Source of the DNA: Chloroflexota bacterium
GTDB lineage: Bacteria; Chloroflexota; Limnocylindria; P2-11E
Direction of reading: 5' to 3'
DNA length: 33,329 nucleotides
Assembly (NCBI GenBank): GCA_005889445.1
Contig: VBGS01000049.1
Coordinates: 1-33,329, forward strand
Shown: positions 1 through 12,688 of the stretch, in pieces
How the letters are laid out: every line of letters begins with the position of its first letter
Numbering within the stretch: the first letter of the stretch is position 1
Translations under genes and position numbers: made by a program
Notes under the pieces: generated by a model
Seen by the model: only the letters and a program-made list of their open reading frames with translations
Databases searched by the model: none
What the model was told of the DNA's origin: nothing

Positions 1-1
1 G

Positions 2-427
2 ATCTCGCAGCTCGTACGCAAGGGACGCAAGCCGCAGGGCAAGAAAGTCGACACGCCCGCCCTCCGCACGACATGGAACTCGCTCCGAGGGCGCCACGTC
101 GAGCTTCGCCGCGGCGCGCCCCAGAAGCGCGGCGTCTGCACGATCGTCCGCACGATGACCCCGAAGAAGCCGAACTCGGCCCTTCGGAAGATCGCCCGTG
201 TGCGCCTCACCAATCAGATGGAAGTCACGGCGTACATCCCGGGCATCGGCCACAACCTGCAGGAGCACTCGGTCGTTCTCGTGCGCGGCGGCCGCGTTCC
301 CGATCTGCCCTCGGTGAAGTACCACATCATCCGCGGGACGCTCGACACCGCGGGCGTCAAGGACCGCAAGCAGGGCCGCAGCCTCTACGGCGCGAAGAAC
401 CCGAACCCGAAGAAGAAGGCAGGCTAG
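2..427 (+). CDS. rpsL: 30S ribosomal protein S12 (uS12), 5'-truncated by window edge
   Basis: Frame open from base 2: [10 protein letters not shown]...[24 protein letters not shown]...[13 protein letters not shown]. Includes the ~13-aa N-proximal insert ([13 protein letters not shown]) seen in Firmicutes/Chloroflexi-type S12. The track start at 155 is internal. Confidence 0.98.
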   Translation: MSQLVRKGRKPQGKKVDTPALRTTWNSLRGRHVELRRGAPQKRGVCTIVRTMTPKKPNSALRKIARVRLTNQMEVTAYIPGIGHNLQEHSVVLVRGGRVPDLPSVKYHIIRGTLDTAGVKDRKQGRSLYGAKNPNPKKKAG

Positions 428-430
428 GCG

Positions 431-901
431 ATGCCCCGTAGAGCACGACCCACCGAGCGTCACCGCGCGCCGGACCGCAAGTACGGCAACACGACGCTCC
501 AACAGTTCAACAACAACGTGATGCGCAACGGCAAGCGCGCGACCGCCGAGGCGCTCGTGTACGGCGCCCTAACGATCGCGGAGACCTCGACCCGCAAGCC
601 GGGGCTCGACGTCTTCGAGACCGCGATGCGCAACGCGATGCCGCTCATCGAGGTCAAGCCGCGGCGCGTCGGCGGCGCGACCTACCAGGTCCCCGTCGAG
701 ATCCGCGCTGATCGCCGCACTTCGCTCGCGATGCGCTGGATCATCCAGGCGGCCCGCAAGCGTCCGGGCAAGTCGATGGCCGAGCGTCTGGCCGGCGAGC
801 TGATGGACGCGATGAACAACACCGGCGGCGCGGTCCGTCGCAAGGAAGAGACGCACAAGATGGCCGAGGCCAACAAGGCCTTCTCCCACTACAAGTGGTG
901 A
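431..901 (+). CDS. rpsG: 30S ribosomal protein S7 (uS7)
   Basis: MPRR start, RRVGGATYQVP, HKMAEANKAFSHY. Confidence 0.98.
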   Translation: MPRRARPTERHRAPDRKYGNTTLQQFNNNVMRNGKRATAEALVYGALTIAETSTRKPGLDVFETAMRNAMPLIEVKPRRVGGATYQVPVEIRADRRTSLAMRWIIQAARKRPGKSMAERLAGELMDAMNNTGGAVRRKEETHKMAEANKAFSHYKW

Positions 902-921
902 GCGGTCATACCTATTAATAA

Positions 922-3036
<2,115 letters not shown>

Positions 3037-3057
3037 GGGACAAAGGGGAGGGTCGAG

Positions 3058-4257
<1,200 letters not shown>

Positions 4258-4263
4258 GCGGAG

Positions 4264-4572
4264 ATGGCAAAGCAGCGCATCCGGATCCGGCTCAAGGCGT
4301 ACGACCACAAGCTCATCGACCAGTCCGCGGCGCAGATCGTCGAAACGGCGCAGCGGACCGGCTCGACGGTCACCGGTCCAGTGCCGCTGCCCACGCGCAT
4401 CGAGAAGTTCACGGTCATCCGCAGCCCGTTCATCTACAAGGACTCGCGCGAGCAGTTCGAGATCCGGACGCACAAACGGCTCATCGACATCAACGACCCC
4501 TCGCAGAAGACGGTCGACGCGCTGATGAAGCTCAACCTTCCGGCCGGCGTCGACATCGAGATCAAGCTCTGA
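4264..4572 (+). CDS. rpsJ: 30S ribosomal protein S10 (uS10)
   Basis: [33 protein letters not shown]. Confidence 0.98.
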   Translation: MAKQRIRIRLKAYDHKLIDQSAAQIVETAQRTGSTVTGPVPLPTRIEKFTVIRSPFIYKDSREQFEIRTHKRLIDINDPSQKTVDALMKLNLPAGVDIEIKL

Positions 4573-4585
4573 GAAGGCAATCGGA

Positions 4586-5266
4586 ATGACGGACGAGACA
4601 ACAGTCGAAGAGCAGAGCGAGACCCAAAAGAAGGACGCCCCCGCGATCGCGAAGCCGGTGCTGCTGGGGCGGAAGATCGGCATGCTCCAGCACTTCAAGG
4701 AGGACGGCTCGGTCGTCGCGGCGACGGTCATCGCCGCCGAGGCGAACGTCGTGACGCAGGTCCGGACCAAAGAGCGTGACGGATACAGCGCGATCCAGCT
4801 CGGCTTCGGGCGCCCCAAGAAGAAGGAGCGCCTCACCAAACCGGCGCTCGGGCACCTCAAAGACCTGCCCCCGGTGAAGGTGCTGCGCGAGGTGCGGCTC
4901 GACGACGTCGCCGGCTTCGCGACGGGCCAGGAGATCGGCGTCGATCGCTTCCAGCCCGGCGACAAGGTCCACGTGGTGGGGACCTCGAAGGGCAAGGGCT
5001 TCCAGGGACCGGTGCACCTGCACCACTTCTCGCGCGGTCCGAAGTCCCACGGTTCGGATCACCTGCGTCGACAGGGCTCGGTCGGCTCCGGCACCACGCC
5101 GGGTCGGGTCCTGCGTGGTCTTCGGATGGCCGCGCACCAGGGCGCCGACCGCGTCACGGTGCGCAACCTAGAGATCCTGCGCAGCGATCCCGGCCGCGCG
5201 CTTCTGATCATCGCGGGCGCGGTGCCCGGCGCGCGCAACGGGATCGTCATGGTGAGGAAGGCCTGA
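4586..5266 (+). CDS. rplC: 50S ribosomal protein L3 (uL3) with short acidic N-terminal extension
   Basis: [31 protein letters not shown]; position in S10 operon. Confidence 0.97.
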   Translation: MTDETTVEEQSETQKKDAPAIAKPVLLGRKIGMLQHFKEDGSVVAATVIAAEANVVTQVRTKERDGYSAIQLGFGRPKKKERLTKPALGHLKDLPPVKVLREVRLDDVAGFATGQEIGVDRFQPGDKVHVVGTSKGKGFQGPVHLHHFSRGPKSHGSDHLRRQGSVGSGTTPGRVLRGLRMAAHQGADRVTVRNLEILRSDPGRALLIIAGAVPGARNGIVMVRKA

Positions 5267-6216
5267 TGGCCGAGAAGAAGGAAGAGAAGAAGGCCGCCCG
5301 CCCCGCCGCGAAGAAGGCGGAGCCGGTGAAGGCGAAAGCGCCCGCGAAGGCAGCGGCGCCCGCCAAGGCCGCGCCGCCGGCAAAGGCGACGGCGAAGGCC
5401 GCGCCGAAGGCAGCCGTCAAAGAGAAGGCAAAGCCGAAGGCACCGGTGCGTCGAGCGGTCGCGCGTCCCGCGACGCGTGTCATCCGACGCGAGGAAGAGA
5501 CCCGACCGCGCCCCGAGCCAAAGCGGGAGCCGGCGCCGAAGGTCGAAGCTCATCCGCTCCCGACCGCTCCGTCGGGGCACGCGGCGGTGATCGCGGCCGA
5601 CGGGACCTCCAGCGGTACGGTCGAGCTGCCCGCGGCGATCGTGTCACCCGCGGCTCGTCGTGGCGTCCTCTTTCAGGCGCTCATCGCCGCACTCGCGAAC
5701 GCCAGACAGGCCACCTCGGCGACGAAGAACCGCTCGCGCGTCGCGGGCGGCGGCGCCAAACCGTGGCGGCAGAAGGGCACGGGCCGCGCGCGTCAGGGAT
5801 CCACACGGTCGCCGCAGTGGCGGCACGGCGGCGTGGTGTTCGGTCCGAACGGACGCAAGTACGACCAGCGCATGCCGGCGAAGATGCGCCGCGCCGCGTT
5901 CGCGCAGGCGCTCGCCGCGCATGCGGCGACGGGCCGCATTCTCGTCGTCGATGAGGTGCGTTTCGACGGCGATCGGCCGCGCACACGCGACGTCGTTGAC
6001 TGGCTCGCGCGTGTCGGCAACACCGGGCGCGCGGTGCTCGTGACCGCCGAGACGAACGACGGCGTCGGTCGCGCCGCCGCGAACCTCAAGGAGTTCGACC
6101 TCCGTACACCCGTGACGCTCCGTCTGATCGATGTGCTGCGCGCCCAGACCGTGCTCGTCCATCGGCCCGCGCTCGACGCGCTCGTCGCCCGGGCGACGGT
6201 GGGGGCGGCGCGATGA
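5266..6216 (+). CDS. rplD: 50S ribosomal protein L4 (uL4) with ~100-aa Ala/Lys/Pro-rich N-terminal extension
   Basis: GGGAKPWRQKGTGRARQGSTRSPQWRHGGVVFGP; TGATG overlap with the rplC stop supports the early start. Confidence 0.96.
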   Translation: MAEKKEEKKAARPAAKKAEPVKAKAPAKAAAPAKAAPPAKATAKAAPKAAVKEKAKPKAPVRRAVARPATRVIRREEETRPRPEPKREPAPKVEAHPLPTAPSGHAAVIAADGTSSGTVELPAAIVSPAARRGVLFQALIAALANARQATSATKNRSRVAGGGAKPWRQKGTGRARQGSTRSPQWRHGGVVFGPNGRKYDQRMPAKMRRAAFAQALAAHAATGRILVVDEVRFDGDRPRTRDVVDWLARVGNTGRAVLVTAETNDGVGRAAANLKEFDLRTPVTLRLIDVLRAQTVLVHRPALDALVARATVGAAR

Positions 6217-6509
6217 GCATGCGCGGGAGCGCGATCTTGCTGCGGCCCGTCGTGACCGAGCGCTCGATGACGGAGTCGAACCTCGGGCGCTACACGTTCG
6301 CGGTGGCCAAGGAGGCGACCAAGCGCGACATCGCCGATGCGGTGGCCTCGTCGTTCAAGGTCGACGTGGTCGCCGTGAACGTGATCCATGTGCCCGGTAA
6401 GACCCGCCGTCTCGGCCGGCGCATCGGCCGCCGCCCCGACTGGAAGAAGGCGATCGTGACGCTCGCCCAGGGCCAGCGCATCGAGAAGTACTTCGTGGAG
6501 GGCGTGTAG
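6213..6509 (+). CDS. rplW: 50S ribosomal protein L23 (uL23)
   Basis: RPVVTERS, YTFAV, WKKAIVTL. Confidence 0.96.
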   Translation: MSMRGSAILLRPVVTERSMTESNLGRYTFAVAKEATKRDIADAVASSFKVDVVAVNVIHVPGKTRRLGRRIGRRPDWKKAIVTLAQGQRIEKYFVEGV

Positions 6510-6512
6510 AAA

Positions 6513-7232
6513 GTGCCGCTCAAGCAGTACAAGGCGACATCGCCCGTCCGGCGCTTCCGCCAATCGGCGTCGTTCGAGGAGCTGACCAAGGGGAAGGCCC
6601 GCGAGCGCAGCCTCACGGAGCGCAAGCTGCAACATGCCGGCCGCAACGCGCAGGGCCGCGTCACGACGCGGCACCGCGGCGGCGGGGAGAAGCGCAGCTA
6701 CCGCAAGATCGACTTCAAGCGGGATAAGGACGGCGTGCCCGCTCGCGTGCTCGCGATCGAATACGACCGCGTCGGCAATTGCCTGCCGCTCGAGCACATC
6801 CCGACGGGCACGCAGATCCACGGCGTCGAGCTGCAGCCCGGACGCGGCGCGCAGCTCGTGCGCGCGGCCGGCACCGCCGCGCAGCTTGTCGCCAAGGAAG
6901 GCGAATACGCGCAGATCCGGCTGCCCTCTGGCGGCATCCGCGTGGTCCACATCCGCTGCCGCGCGACCATCGGCCAGATCGGCAACGTCGAGCACGAGAA
7001 CCAAAAGGTCGGCGGCGCAGGCCACAAGCGACACATGGGCTGGCGCCCGGCGGTCCGTGGCGTGGTGATGTCTCCGCGGGACCATCCGCACGGCGGCGGC
7101 GAGGCGAAGTCGCCTGTCGGCGGCATGGCCCAGACCCCGTGGGGCAAGCCCGCCATGGGTCTCAAGACACGGAACAACCCGCGCACCGATCGTTTCGTCA
7201 CCGAACGTCCGAAGAAGAGGAAGTCCAAATGA
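6513..7232 (+). CDS. rplB: 50S ribosomal protein L2 (uL2) with apparent in-frame ~40-aa internal deletion
   Basis: [44 protein letters not shown]; only 239 aa, with IEYD joined directly to RVGNCLPL. Confidence 0.95.
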   Translation: MPLKQYKATSPVRRFRQSASFEELTKGKARERSLTERKLQHAGRNAQGRVTTRHRGGGEKRSYRKIDFKRDKDGVPARVLAIEYDRVGNCLPLEHIPTGTQIHGVELQPGRGAQLVRAAGTAAQLVAKEGEYAQIRLPSGGIRVVHIRCRATIGQIGNVEHENQKVGGAGHKRHMGWRPAVRGVVMSPRDHPHGGGEAKSPVGGMAQTPWGKPAMGLKTRNNPRTDRFVTERPKKRKSK

Positions 7233-7588
7233 GTCGGTCAGTAAAGAAGGGACCCTACGTCGAGCAGTCCCTGAAAGAGAAGATCGAGATCCTGAACTCG
7301 CGCAGCGAGAAGAAGGTCGTGAAGACCTGGTCGCGCGCCTCGATGATCCTTCCGGTCATGGTCGGACACACCATCGGCGTCCACGACGGACGCCGTCACG
7401 TGCCCGTGTTCATCACCGAGAACATGGTCGGTCACCGGCTCGGCGAGTTCGCTCCGACACGGACCTTCCGTGGACATGGTCGGGCCGTCGCCGAGGCCGC
7501 CACCACTACCGCCGCGGCGGCCCCCGGCGCACCGGCCGCCGCCGGCAGCACGCCCGAGCGGTCGACAAACGTGAGGGCCGGGGCGTAA
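7229..7588 (+). CDS. rpsS: 30S ribosomal protein S19 (uS19) with Ala/Thr-rich C-terminal tail
   Basis: ATG 7229 overlaps rplB stop; [33 protein letters not shown]. The track ORF 6779 is an upstream over-extension. Confidence 0.97.
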   Translation: MSRSVKKGPYVEQSLKEKIEILNSRSEKKVVKTWSRASMILPVMVGHTIGVHDGRRHVPVFITENMVGHRLGEFAPTRTFRGHGRAVAEAATTTAAAAPGAPAAAGSTPERSTNVRAGA

Positions 7589-7591
7589 GAC

Positions 7592-7645
7592 ACATGACTC
7601 ATTCCATTCGTCATGTCCTGTACGTGGACCTCCTTACGGAGGTCC
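7592..7645 (+). promoter_or_regulatory. Two hairpins in the rpsS-rplV spacer, the second sequestering the rplV Shine-Dalgarno
   Basis: ACATGAC(7592-7598)/GTCATGT(7610-7616); GGACCTCC(7626-7633)-TTAC-GGAGGTCC(7638-7645), ending 6 nt before GTG 7652. Pairing is seen; function is inferred. Confidence 0.6.
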
Positions 7646-7651
7646 TGTAAC

Positions 7652-7987
7652 GTGGAAGTCAAAGCATCGGCTCGGTTCCTGCGGCTCTCGCCGCGCAAGG
7701 CGCGCCTGGTGACCGATCTCATCACCGGCAAGAGCGCCGAGGAAGCGATCGCGATCCTCGAGAACCTCTCGAGCTCGACGGCTCTCCCGCTCGGACGGGT
7801 GGTGCGCTCGGCGATCGCGAACGCCGAGAACAACTTCAACCTCACGCTCGAGACGCTCTACATCAAGCGCGCGATCGCGAACGAGGGCCCGCGCATGAAA
7901 CGCGCGTGGTTCCGCGGCCGCGGCCGACGCGACACGAAGCTGCATCGCCTCGCGCATCTCGAGGTCGTGCTGGACAGCAAGGAATAG
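7652..7987 (+). CDS. rplV: 50S ribosomal protein L22 (uL22)
   Basis: GTG 7652 after GGAGG; RLSPRKARLV, SAIANAENN, NEGP. Confidence 0.96.
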   Translation: MEVKASARFLRLSPRKARLVTDLITGKSAEEAIAILENLSSSTALPLGRVVRSAIANAENNFNLTLETLYIKRAIANEGPRMKRAWFRGRGRRDTKLHRLAHLEVVLDSKE

Positions 7988-7998
7988 AAGGAGAACAA

Positions 7999-8679
7999 GT
8001 GGGCCAGAAGACGCACCCGATCGGATTCCGTCTTGGATTCACCAAGACCTGGCACGCGAAGTGGTTCGCGAACTCGCGGACGTATCGCGTCCTTCTCAAG
8101 GAGGACATCGCGATCCGCTCGTCGATCCGCTCGCGCCTGCGTGACGCGGCGATCGCGCGCATCGACATCGAGCGATCCGCGAACCAGGTCACGGTCACGA
8201 TCCAGACGGCCAAGCCGGGTGTCGTCATCGGCAAGGGTGGCGCGAAGGTCGAGGAGCTTCGTCAGGTCCTCGGCAAGATGACCGGGAAGATGGTCAAAGT
8301 GAACATCTTCGAGATCCGCTACCCGGAGTTGGACGCGAACCTCATCGCCGAGAACGTCGCGCAGCAGCTGGAGCGGCGAGTTTCCTTCCGCAAGGTGCTC
8401 AAGCAGACGGTCCAGCGCTCGATGAAAGCGGGCGCGAAAGGCGTACGCGTCGCGGTGTCGGGCCGTCTCGGTGGCGCAGAGATGAGCCGTCGCGAGTGGG
8501 AGCGCGAGGGTCGCGTCCCGCTGCATACCCTTCGCGGCGACATCGAGTTCGGACGCGCGATCGCGAAGACGACCTACGGGACGATCGGCGTGAAAGCGTG
8601 GGTCTACAAGGGCGAGATCGAGCCGACTCCGCGTCAGGTGACGCAGACGGCTCCTGCGGCGGCGGGACGGGTCGCCTGA
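7999..8679 (+). CDS. rpsC: 30S ribosomal protein S3 (uS3)
   Basis: GTG 7999 after AGGAG; [14 protein letters not shown] motif [18 protein letters not shown]. Confidence 0.98.
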   Translation: MGQKTHPIGFRLGFTKTWHAKWFANSRTYRVLLKEDIAIRSSIRSRLRDAAIARIDIERSANQVTVTIQTAKPGVVIGKGGAKVEELRQVLGKMTGKMVKVNIFEIRYPELDANLIAENVAQQLERRVSFRKVLKQTVQRSMKAGAKGVRVAVSGRLGGAEMSRREWEREGRVPLHTLRGDIEFGRAIAKTTYGTIGVKAWVYKGEIEPTPRQVTQTAPAAAGRVA

Positions 8680-9122
8680 TGCTGCAGCCGAAGCGCCTCA
8701 AGCACCGCAAGTTCCAGCGCGGCCGCATGAAGGGCGCCGCGCAGTCGGGCAACCGGATCACCAAGGGCGATTACGCGCTCAAGGCGATGGAGCCCTGCTG
8801 GATGACCGCGCGCCAGATCGAGGCCGCGCGGCGCGCGGTGACGCACCACTTCAAACGTGGTGGCAAGGTGTGGATCAACGTCTTTCCGGACAAGCCGGTG
8901 ACGAAGAAGCCCGCCGAGGTCCGAATGGGGTCGGGCAAGGGTGCACCCGATCACTGGGTGGCCGTCGTTCGTCCAGGACGCGTGATCCTCGAGGTGGGCG
9001 GCGTCGACCGTGCCCTCGCGAAGGAGGCGCTGCGCCTCGCGGCGCACAAGCTTCCGATCAAGACGAGCTTCGTGGCGAGAGAGGAGGCGACGGCGGATGA
9101 AGGACATGCGGCGGCTGTCTGA
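8679..9122 (+). CDS. rplP: 50S ribosomal protein L16 (uL16)
   Basis: ATG 8679 overlaps rpsC stop; [24 protein letters not shown]. Confidence 0.98.
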   Translation: MLQPKRLKHRKFQRGRMKGAAQSGNRITKGDYALKAMEPCWMTARQIEAARRAVTHHFKRGGKVWINVFPDKPVTKKPAEVRMGSGKGAPDHWVAVVRPGRVILEVGGVDRALAKEALRLAAHKLPIKTSFVAREEATADEGHAAAV

Positions 9123-9300
9123 CAACGAGGTCGCTGAGCAGCTGCGCGGCGCCCAGGAAGAGCTGATGGACTCGAAGTTCAAGCTCGCGACCAGGCAGCT
9201 CAAGAACTTCCGCGCGCTTCCCGCCACACGCCGCAAGATCGCGCGCCTGCGCACGCTGATGCGCGAGCGCACCGCCGAGTCGGAGAAGACGAATGGCTGA
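9097..9300 (+). CDS. rpmC: 50S ribosomal protein L29 (uL29)
   Basis: ATG 9097 after GAGGAGG; MKDMRRLS...ATRQLKN...[14 protein letters not shown]. Confidence 0.93.
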   Translation: MKDMRRLSDNEVAEQLRGAQEELMDSKFKLATRQLKNFRALPATRRKIARLRTLMRERTAESEKTNG

Positions 9301-9883
9301 GAAGAGCGAGAAGGGCGAGAAGAAGCCCGCGGCGCGCACGACGCGTCCTCGAGCGGCCGCCACGAAGGCCGCCGCGACACGGGCGGCTGCTCCGAAGGCG
9401 CCCGCCCGGGCGGCGACGACCGCACGGCCCGTTGCGAAGCGGACGGTGGCGCGCAAGCGCACCGCCGCGCCGGCCGCGGGCGCTCCCGCTGAGCAGTTCA
9501 CCTGGCGCCGCCTCCGTCGCAAGACGAAGGTCGGCGTCGTTGTCTCCGCGAAGATGGCGAAGACGATCATCGTCGAGGTCGGCCGTCAGCGAGCCCACCC
9601 GCTCTACAAGAAGGTGATCCGCGTGCGCAAGCGCTTCGCCGCGCACGACGAGACCGCCGACGCGAAGGCGGGCGACCTGGTGCGCATCCAGGAGAGCCGT
9701 CCGTTCAGCGCGACAAAGCGCTGGCGGCTGGTCGAGGTGATCTCGCGTGCCGGCGAGGCCGGAGCCGCGGCGCCGCGCGTCGCGGACGTCGAGAGGCTGC
9801 TCGAGGCCGCGGAGGGCTCGGGCGAGATCCTCGCGCCTGAGCGCGAGGAGAAGGAAGAGACGGAGGCGCGGGCCGAAGAGTGA
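9293..9883 (+). CDS. rpsQ: 30S ribosomal protein S17 (uS17) with long basic N-terminal and acidic C-terminal extensions
   Basis: Core [12 protein letters not shown]...HPLYKK...AHDE...[18 protein letters not shown]; 196 aa. Confidence 0.95.
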   Translation: MAEKSEKGEKKPAARTTRPRAAATKAAATRAAAPKAPARAATTARPVAKRTVARKRTAAPAAGAPAEQFTWRRLRRKTKVGVVVSAKMAKTIIVEVGRQRAHPLYKKVIRVRKRFAAHDETADAKAGDLVRIQESRPFSATKRWRLVEVISRAGEAGAAAPRVADVERLLEAAEGSGEILAPEREEKEETEARAEE

Positions 9884-10248
9884 TTCGTCCCTACACGCGA
9901 GTGCGCTGCGCGGACAACACCGGAGCTCGTGAGCTCTCGGTGATCCGCGTGCTGCGCTCGTCGTCGGGGACGACCGCCGAGATCGGCGACGTGTTCATCG
10001 CCGCCGTCAAGAACGCCATCCCGAACTCGGGCGTGAAGAAGGGCGAGGTCGTCCGCGCGGTGGTGGTCCGTCAAACCAAGGAGTACCGCCGCAGCGACGG
10101 ATCGATGATCCGTTTCGACGACAACGCCGCGGTGCTGCTCAACCCGCAGAACCAGCCGCGCGGGACCCGGATCTTCGGTCCGGTCGCGCGCGAGCTTCGC
10201 GAGCGCAACTTCATGAAGATCGTGTCTTTGGCACCGGAGGTCCTGTAG
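9880..10248 (+). CDS. rplN: 50S ribosomal protein L14 (uL14)
   Basis: [36 protein letters not shown]. Confidence 0.98.
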   Translation: MIRPYTRVRCADNTGARELSVIRVLRSSSGTTAEIGDVFIAAVKNAIPNSGVKKGEVVRAVVVRQTKEYRRSDGSMIRFDDNAAVLLNPQNQPRGTRIFGPVARELRERNFMKIVSLAPEVL

Positions 10249-10252
10249 AGCG

Positions 10253-10591
10253 ATGGCGACGATGCGGATACGCAAGGGCGATGAGGTGGTGGTGATCGCG
10301 GGCAAGGACCGCGGGAAGCGGGGACGCATCCAGGAGGTGCGGCCGCGTGAGCGCACGGTCGTCGTGGCCGGGGTGAACATCGCCAAGCATCACACCAAGC
10401 CAAACCCGACGAAGAACCAGAAGGGCGGCATCATCGAGCAGCCCATGCCGCTCGCGCTGGGCAAGATCATGGTCGTGTGCCCGCACTGTGGGAAGCCGAC
10501 ACGCGTCGCGCACCGCACCGACGAGGACGGGACCAAGGAGCGCGTGTGCAAGCAGTGCGGCGAGGCGATCGTCGTGGAGCAGTCGTCATGA
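10253..10591 (+). CDS. rplX: 50S ribosomal protein L24 (uL24), CxxC...CxxC zinc-ribbon type
   Basis: KOW motif [19 protein letters not shown]; CPHC...CKQC. Confidence 0.97.
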   Translation: MATMRIRKGDEVVVIAGKDRGKRGRIQEVRPRERTVVVAGVNIAKHHTKPNPTKNQKGGIIEQPMPLALGKIMVVCPHCGKPTRVAHRTDEDGTKERVCKQCGEAIVVEQSS

Positions 10592-11136
10592 ACACCGTGT
10601 TGAAAGAGCGCTACGACAAGACGGTCCGTGACGAGCTGCGCAAGCAGTTCAGCTACCGCAACGTGATGCAGGTCCCGAAGGTCGAACGGATCATCCTGAA
10701 CATCGGGATGGGCGAGGCGATCGGCAACGCGAAGGCGATGGACGCGGCCGCCGGGGACTTGGCTGCGATCACCGGGCAGCGGCCGATCATCACCAAGTCG
10801 CGCAAGGCGATCTCGAACTTCCGCCTGCGGATCGGTATGCCGATCGGTCTCAAGGTGACCCTGCGCGGCGAGCGGATGTGGCACTTCCTCGAGAAGCTGA
10901 TCACGGTCGCGCTCCCGCGGATCCGCGACTTCCAGGGCGTGCCCGACAAGAGCTTCGACGGGCGTGGCAACTACTCCCTCGGCCTCAAGGAGCAGCTGGT
11001 GTTCCCGGAGATCGAGTACGACAAGATCGATCGGCTTCGCGGCATGGAGATCACGATCGTGACGACGGCCAGAACGGACGAGGAGGGCCGCGCGCTCCTG
11101 CGCGGCCTAGGGATGCCGTTCCGGACCGCATCTTGA
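10588..11136 (+). CDS. rplE: 50S ribosomal protein L5 (uL5)
   Basis: ATG 10588 overlaps rplX stop; [25 protein letters not shown]. Confidence 0.98.
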   Translation: MNTVLKERYDKTVRDELRKQFSYRNVMQVPKVERIILNIGMGEAIGNAKAMDAAAGDLAAITGQRPIITKSRKAISNFRLRIGMPIGLKVTLRGERMWHFLEKLITVALPRIRDFQGVPDKSFDGRGNYSLGLKEQLVFPEIEYDKIDRLRGMEITIVTTARTDEEGRALLRGLGMPFRTAS

Positions 11137-11146
11137 GAGGTAGTCA

Positions 11147-11332
11147 GTGGCGAAAAAAAGCCTGATCCTGAAATCACAGCGCCCGCCGAGGCACAAGGTG
11201 CAGGCCCACAACCGCTGCCAGGTGTGCGGCCGGCCGAGGGGTTACATGCGGAAGTTTGGTCTTTGCCGGATCTGCTTCCGTGAGCGAGCGCTGATCGGCG
11301 AGCTGCCGGGCGTGACGAAGTCGAGCTGGTGA
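11147..11332 (+). CDS. rpsZ: 30S ribosomal protein S14 type Z (zinc-binding uS14)
   Basis: 61 aa; [24 protein letters not shown]. Confidence 0.97.
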   Translation: MAKKSLILKSQRPPRHKVQAHNRCQVCGRPRGYMRKFGLCRICFRERALIGELPGVTKSSW

Positions 11333-11345
11333 TCGGAGCGAAGTT

Positions 11346-11846
11346 GTGACAGAAGAGCAGATGACCGCGCCGAGCGAGCCGGGTGCCGAGGGGCCACGGA
11401 TCGATCGCGCCCCGCGCAAGCCGGCCGCACCGGCGAGGAAGCCGCGCCCGAAGACCGTCGGGATGCCGAACGATGCGGTCGCCGACATGCTGACGCGCGT
11501 CCGCAACGCTGCGGGAGCGCGCCACGACACGGTGAGCGTTCCGGTGAGCCGAATGCGCCTAGAGATCGCGCGCCTGCTCCGTGACGAAGGCTTCATCTCC
11601 GGGTACGAGCAGCCCAGCGAGAAGGAGATCGTGCTGCGGATGAAGTACGTCGGCAAGCTGCCGGCGGTGAACGGGCTCAAACGGATCAGCAAGCCGGGGC
11701 TACGGGTCTACGCGCGCAAGCGCGCGATCCCCCGCGTGCTCGGTGGTCTGGGCGTCGCGATCGTGTCGACCTCGTCGGGCGTGATGACCGGCCGCGAGGC
11801 GGAGCGCAAGGGCCTCGGGGGCGAGGTCCTGGCGTATGTCTGGTAA
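11346..11846 (+). CDS. rpsH: 30S ribosomal protein S8 (uS8), probably with ~39-aa N-terminal extension
   Basis: [35 protein letters not shown] precedes GTG 11346; alternative ATGs at 11361 and 11463. Confidence 0.95.
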   Translation: MTEEQMTAPSEPGAEGPRIDRAPRKPAAPARKPRPKTVGMPNDAVADMLTRVRNAAGARHDTVSVPVSRMRLEIARLLRDEGFISGYEQPSEKEIVLRMKYVGKLPAVNGLKRISKPGLRVYARKRAIPRVLGGLGVAIVSTSSGVMTGREAERKGLGGEVLAYVW

Positions 11847-11852
11847 TTGGGT

Positions 11853-12334
11853 ATGAGCAGGATCGGACGACTCCCCGTGACCATCCCGAGCGGCGTCGAC
11901 GTCAAGATCGACGGCCGCACGGTGACCGTGAAGGGTCCGAAGGGCCAGCTGTCGCGAACGTTCCATCCGAAGGCGGCCTCACGCGGACGCTCGTCGCGAA
12001 CATGGTCGCCGGGGTCACCGCCGGCTTCACCAAAGATCTCGAGATCAGCGGGACGGGTTACCGTGCGGTGCTGCAGGGCAAGAAGCTGCAGCTCGCGCTC
12101 GGCTACTCGCACCCGATCGAGATCGACCCGCCAGCAGGCATCACCTTCACCGTCGAGACGCCGCAGCGCCTCAAGGTGTCGGGCATCGACAAGGAAGTGG
12201 TCGGCGAGGTGGCGGCGAAGATCCGGGGCCTCCGCGAGCCCGATCCGTACAAGGCGAAAGGCGTGAAGTACGCCGGCGAGTACATCCGCCGCAAGGCGGG
12301 TAAGGCCGGCAAAGTCGGGGCGGCGAAAGCCTGA
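11853..12334 (+). CDS. rplF: 50S ribosomal protein L6 (uL6), split by an apparent deletion and frameshift at ~11973
   Basis: MSRIGRLPV...[13 protein letters not shown] (11853-11972), then [11 protein letters not shown]...GYSHP...PDPYKAKG...RRKAGK in another frame (11975-12334). Confidence 0.93.
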
Positions 12335-12684
12335 TGGTCGAGACACGTCGCGAGAGCAGGACCCGGCGCCACGAGCGTGTCCGCGAGAAGATCCGCGGAA
12401 GCGGTGAGCGCCCGCGCCTTGCCGTGTTCCGCTCCAACAGCCACATCTACGCGCAGCTCATCGACGACGACGCCGGCACGACCCTCGTCGCCGCGTCGAG
12501 CGTCGACGCAAAGGATGCGAAGGGCAACAAGAGCGAGCGGGCCAAGGCGGTCGGGTCGATGCTCGGCGAGCGGGCCAGGGCGAAGGGCATCGAAGCGGTG
12601 GTCTTCGATCGTGGCGGCTACCGCTACCACGGGCGGATCAAGGCGTTGGGCGACGCGGCTCGCTCGGCAGGATTGAGGTTCTAA
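12334..12684 (+). CDS. rplR: 50S ribosomal protein L18 (uL18)
   Basis: [32 protein letters not shown]. Confidence 0.98.
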   Translation: MVETRRESRTRRHERVREKIRGSGERPRLAVFRSNSHIYAQLIDDDAGTTLVAASSVDAKDAKGNKSERAKAVGSMLGERARAKGIEAVVFDRGGYRYHGRIKALGDAARSAGLRF

Positions 12685-12688
12685 GGAA

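Noticed and set aside
11961-11980. Programmed ribosomal frameshift in rplF
   Set aside because: No slippery heptamer, and ~25 conserved codons are missing, which frameshifting cannot restore.
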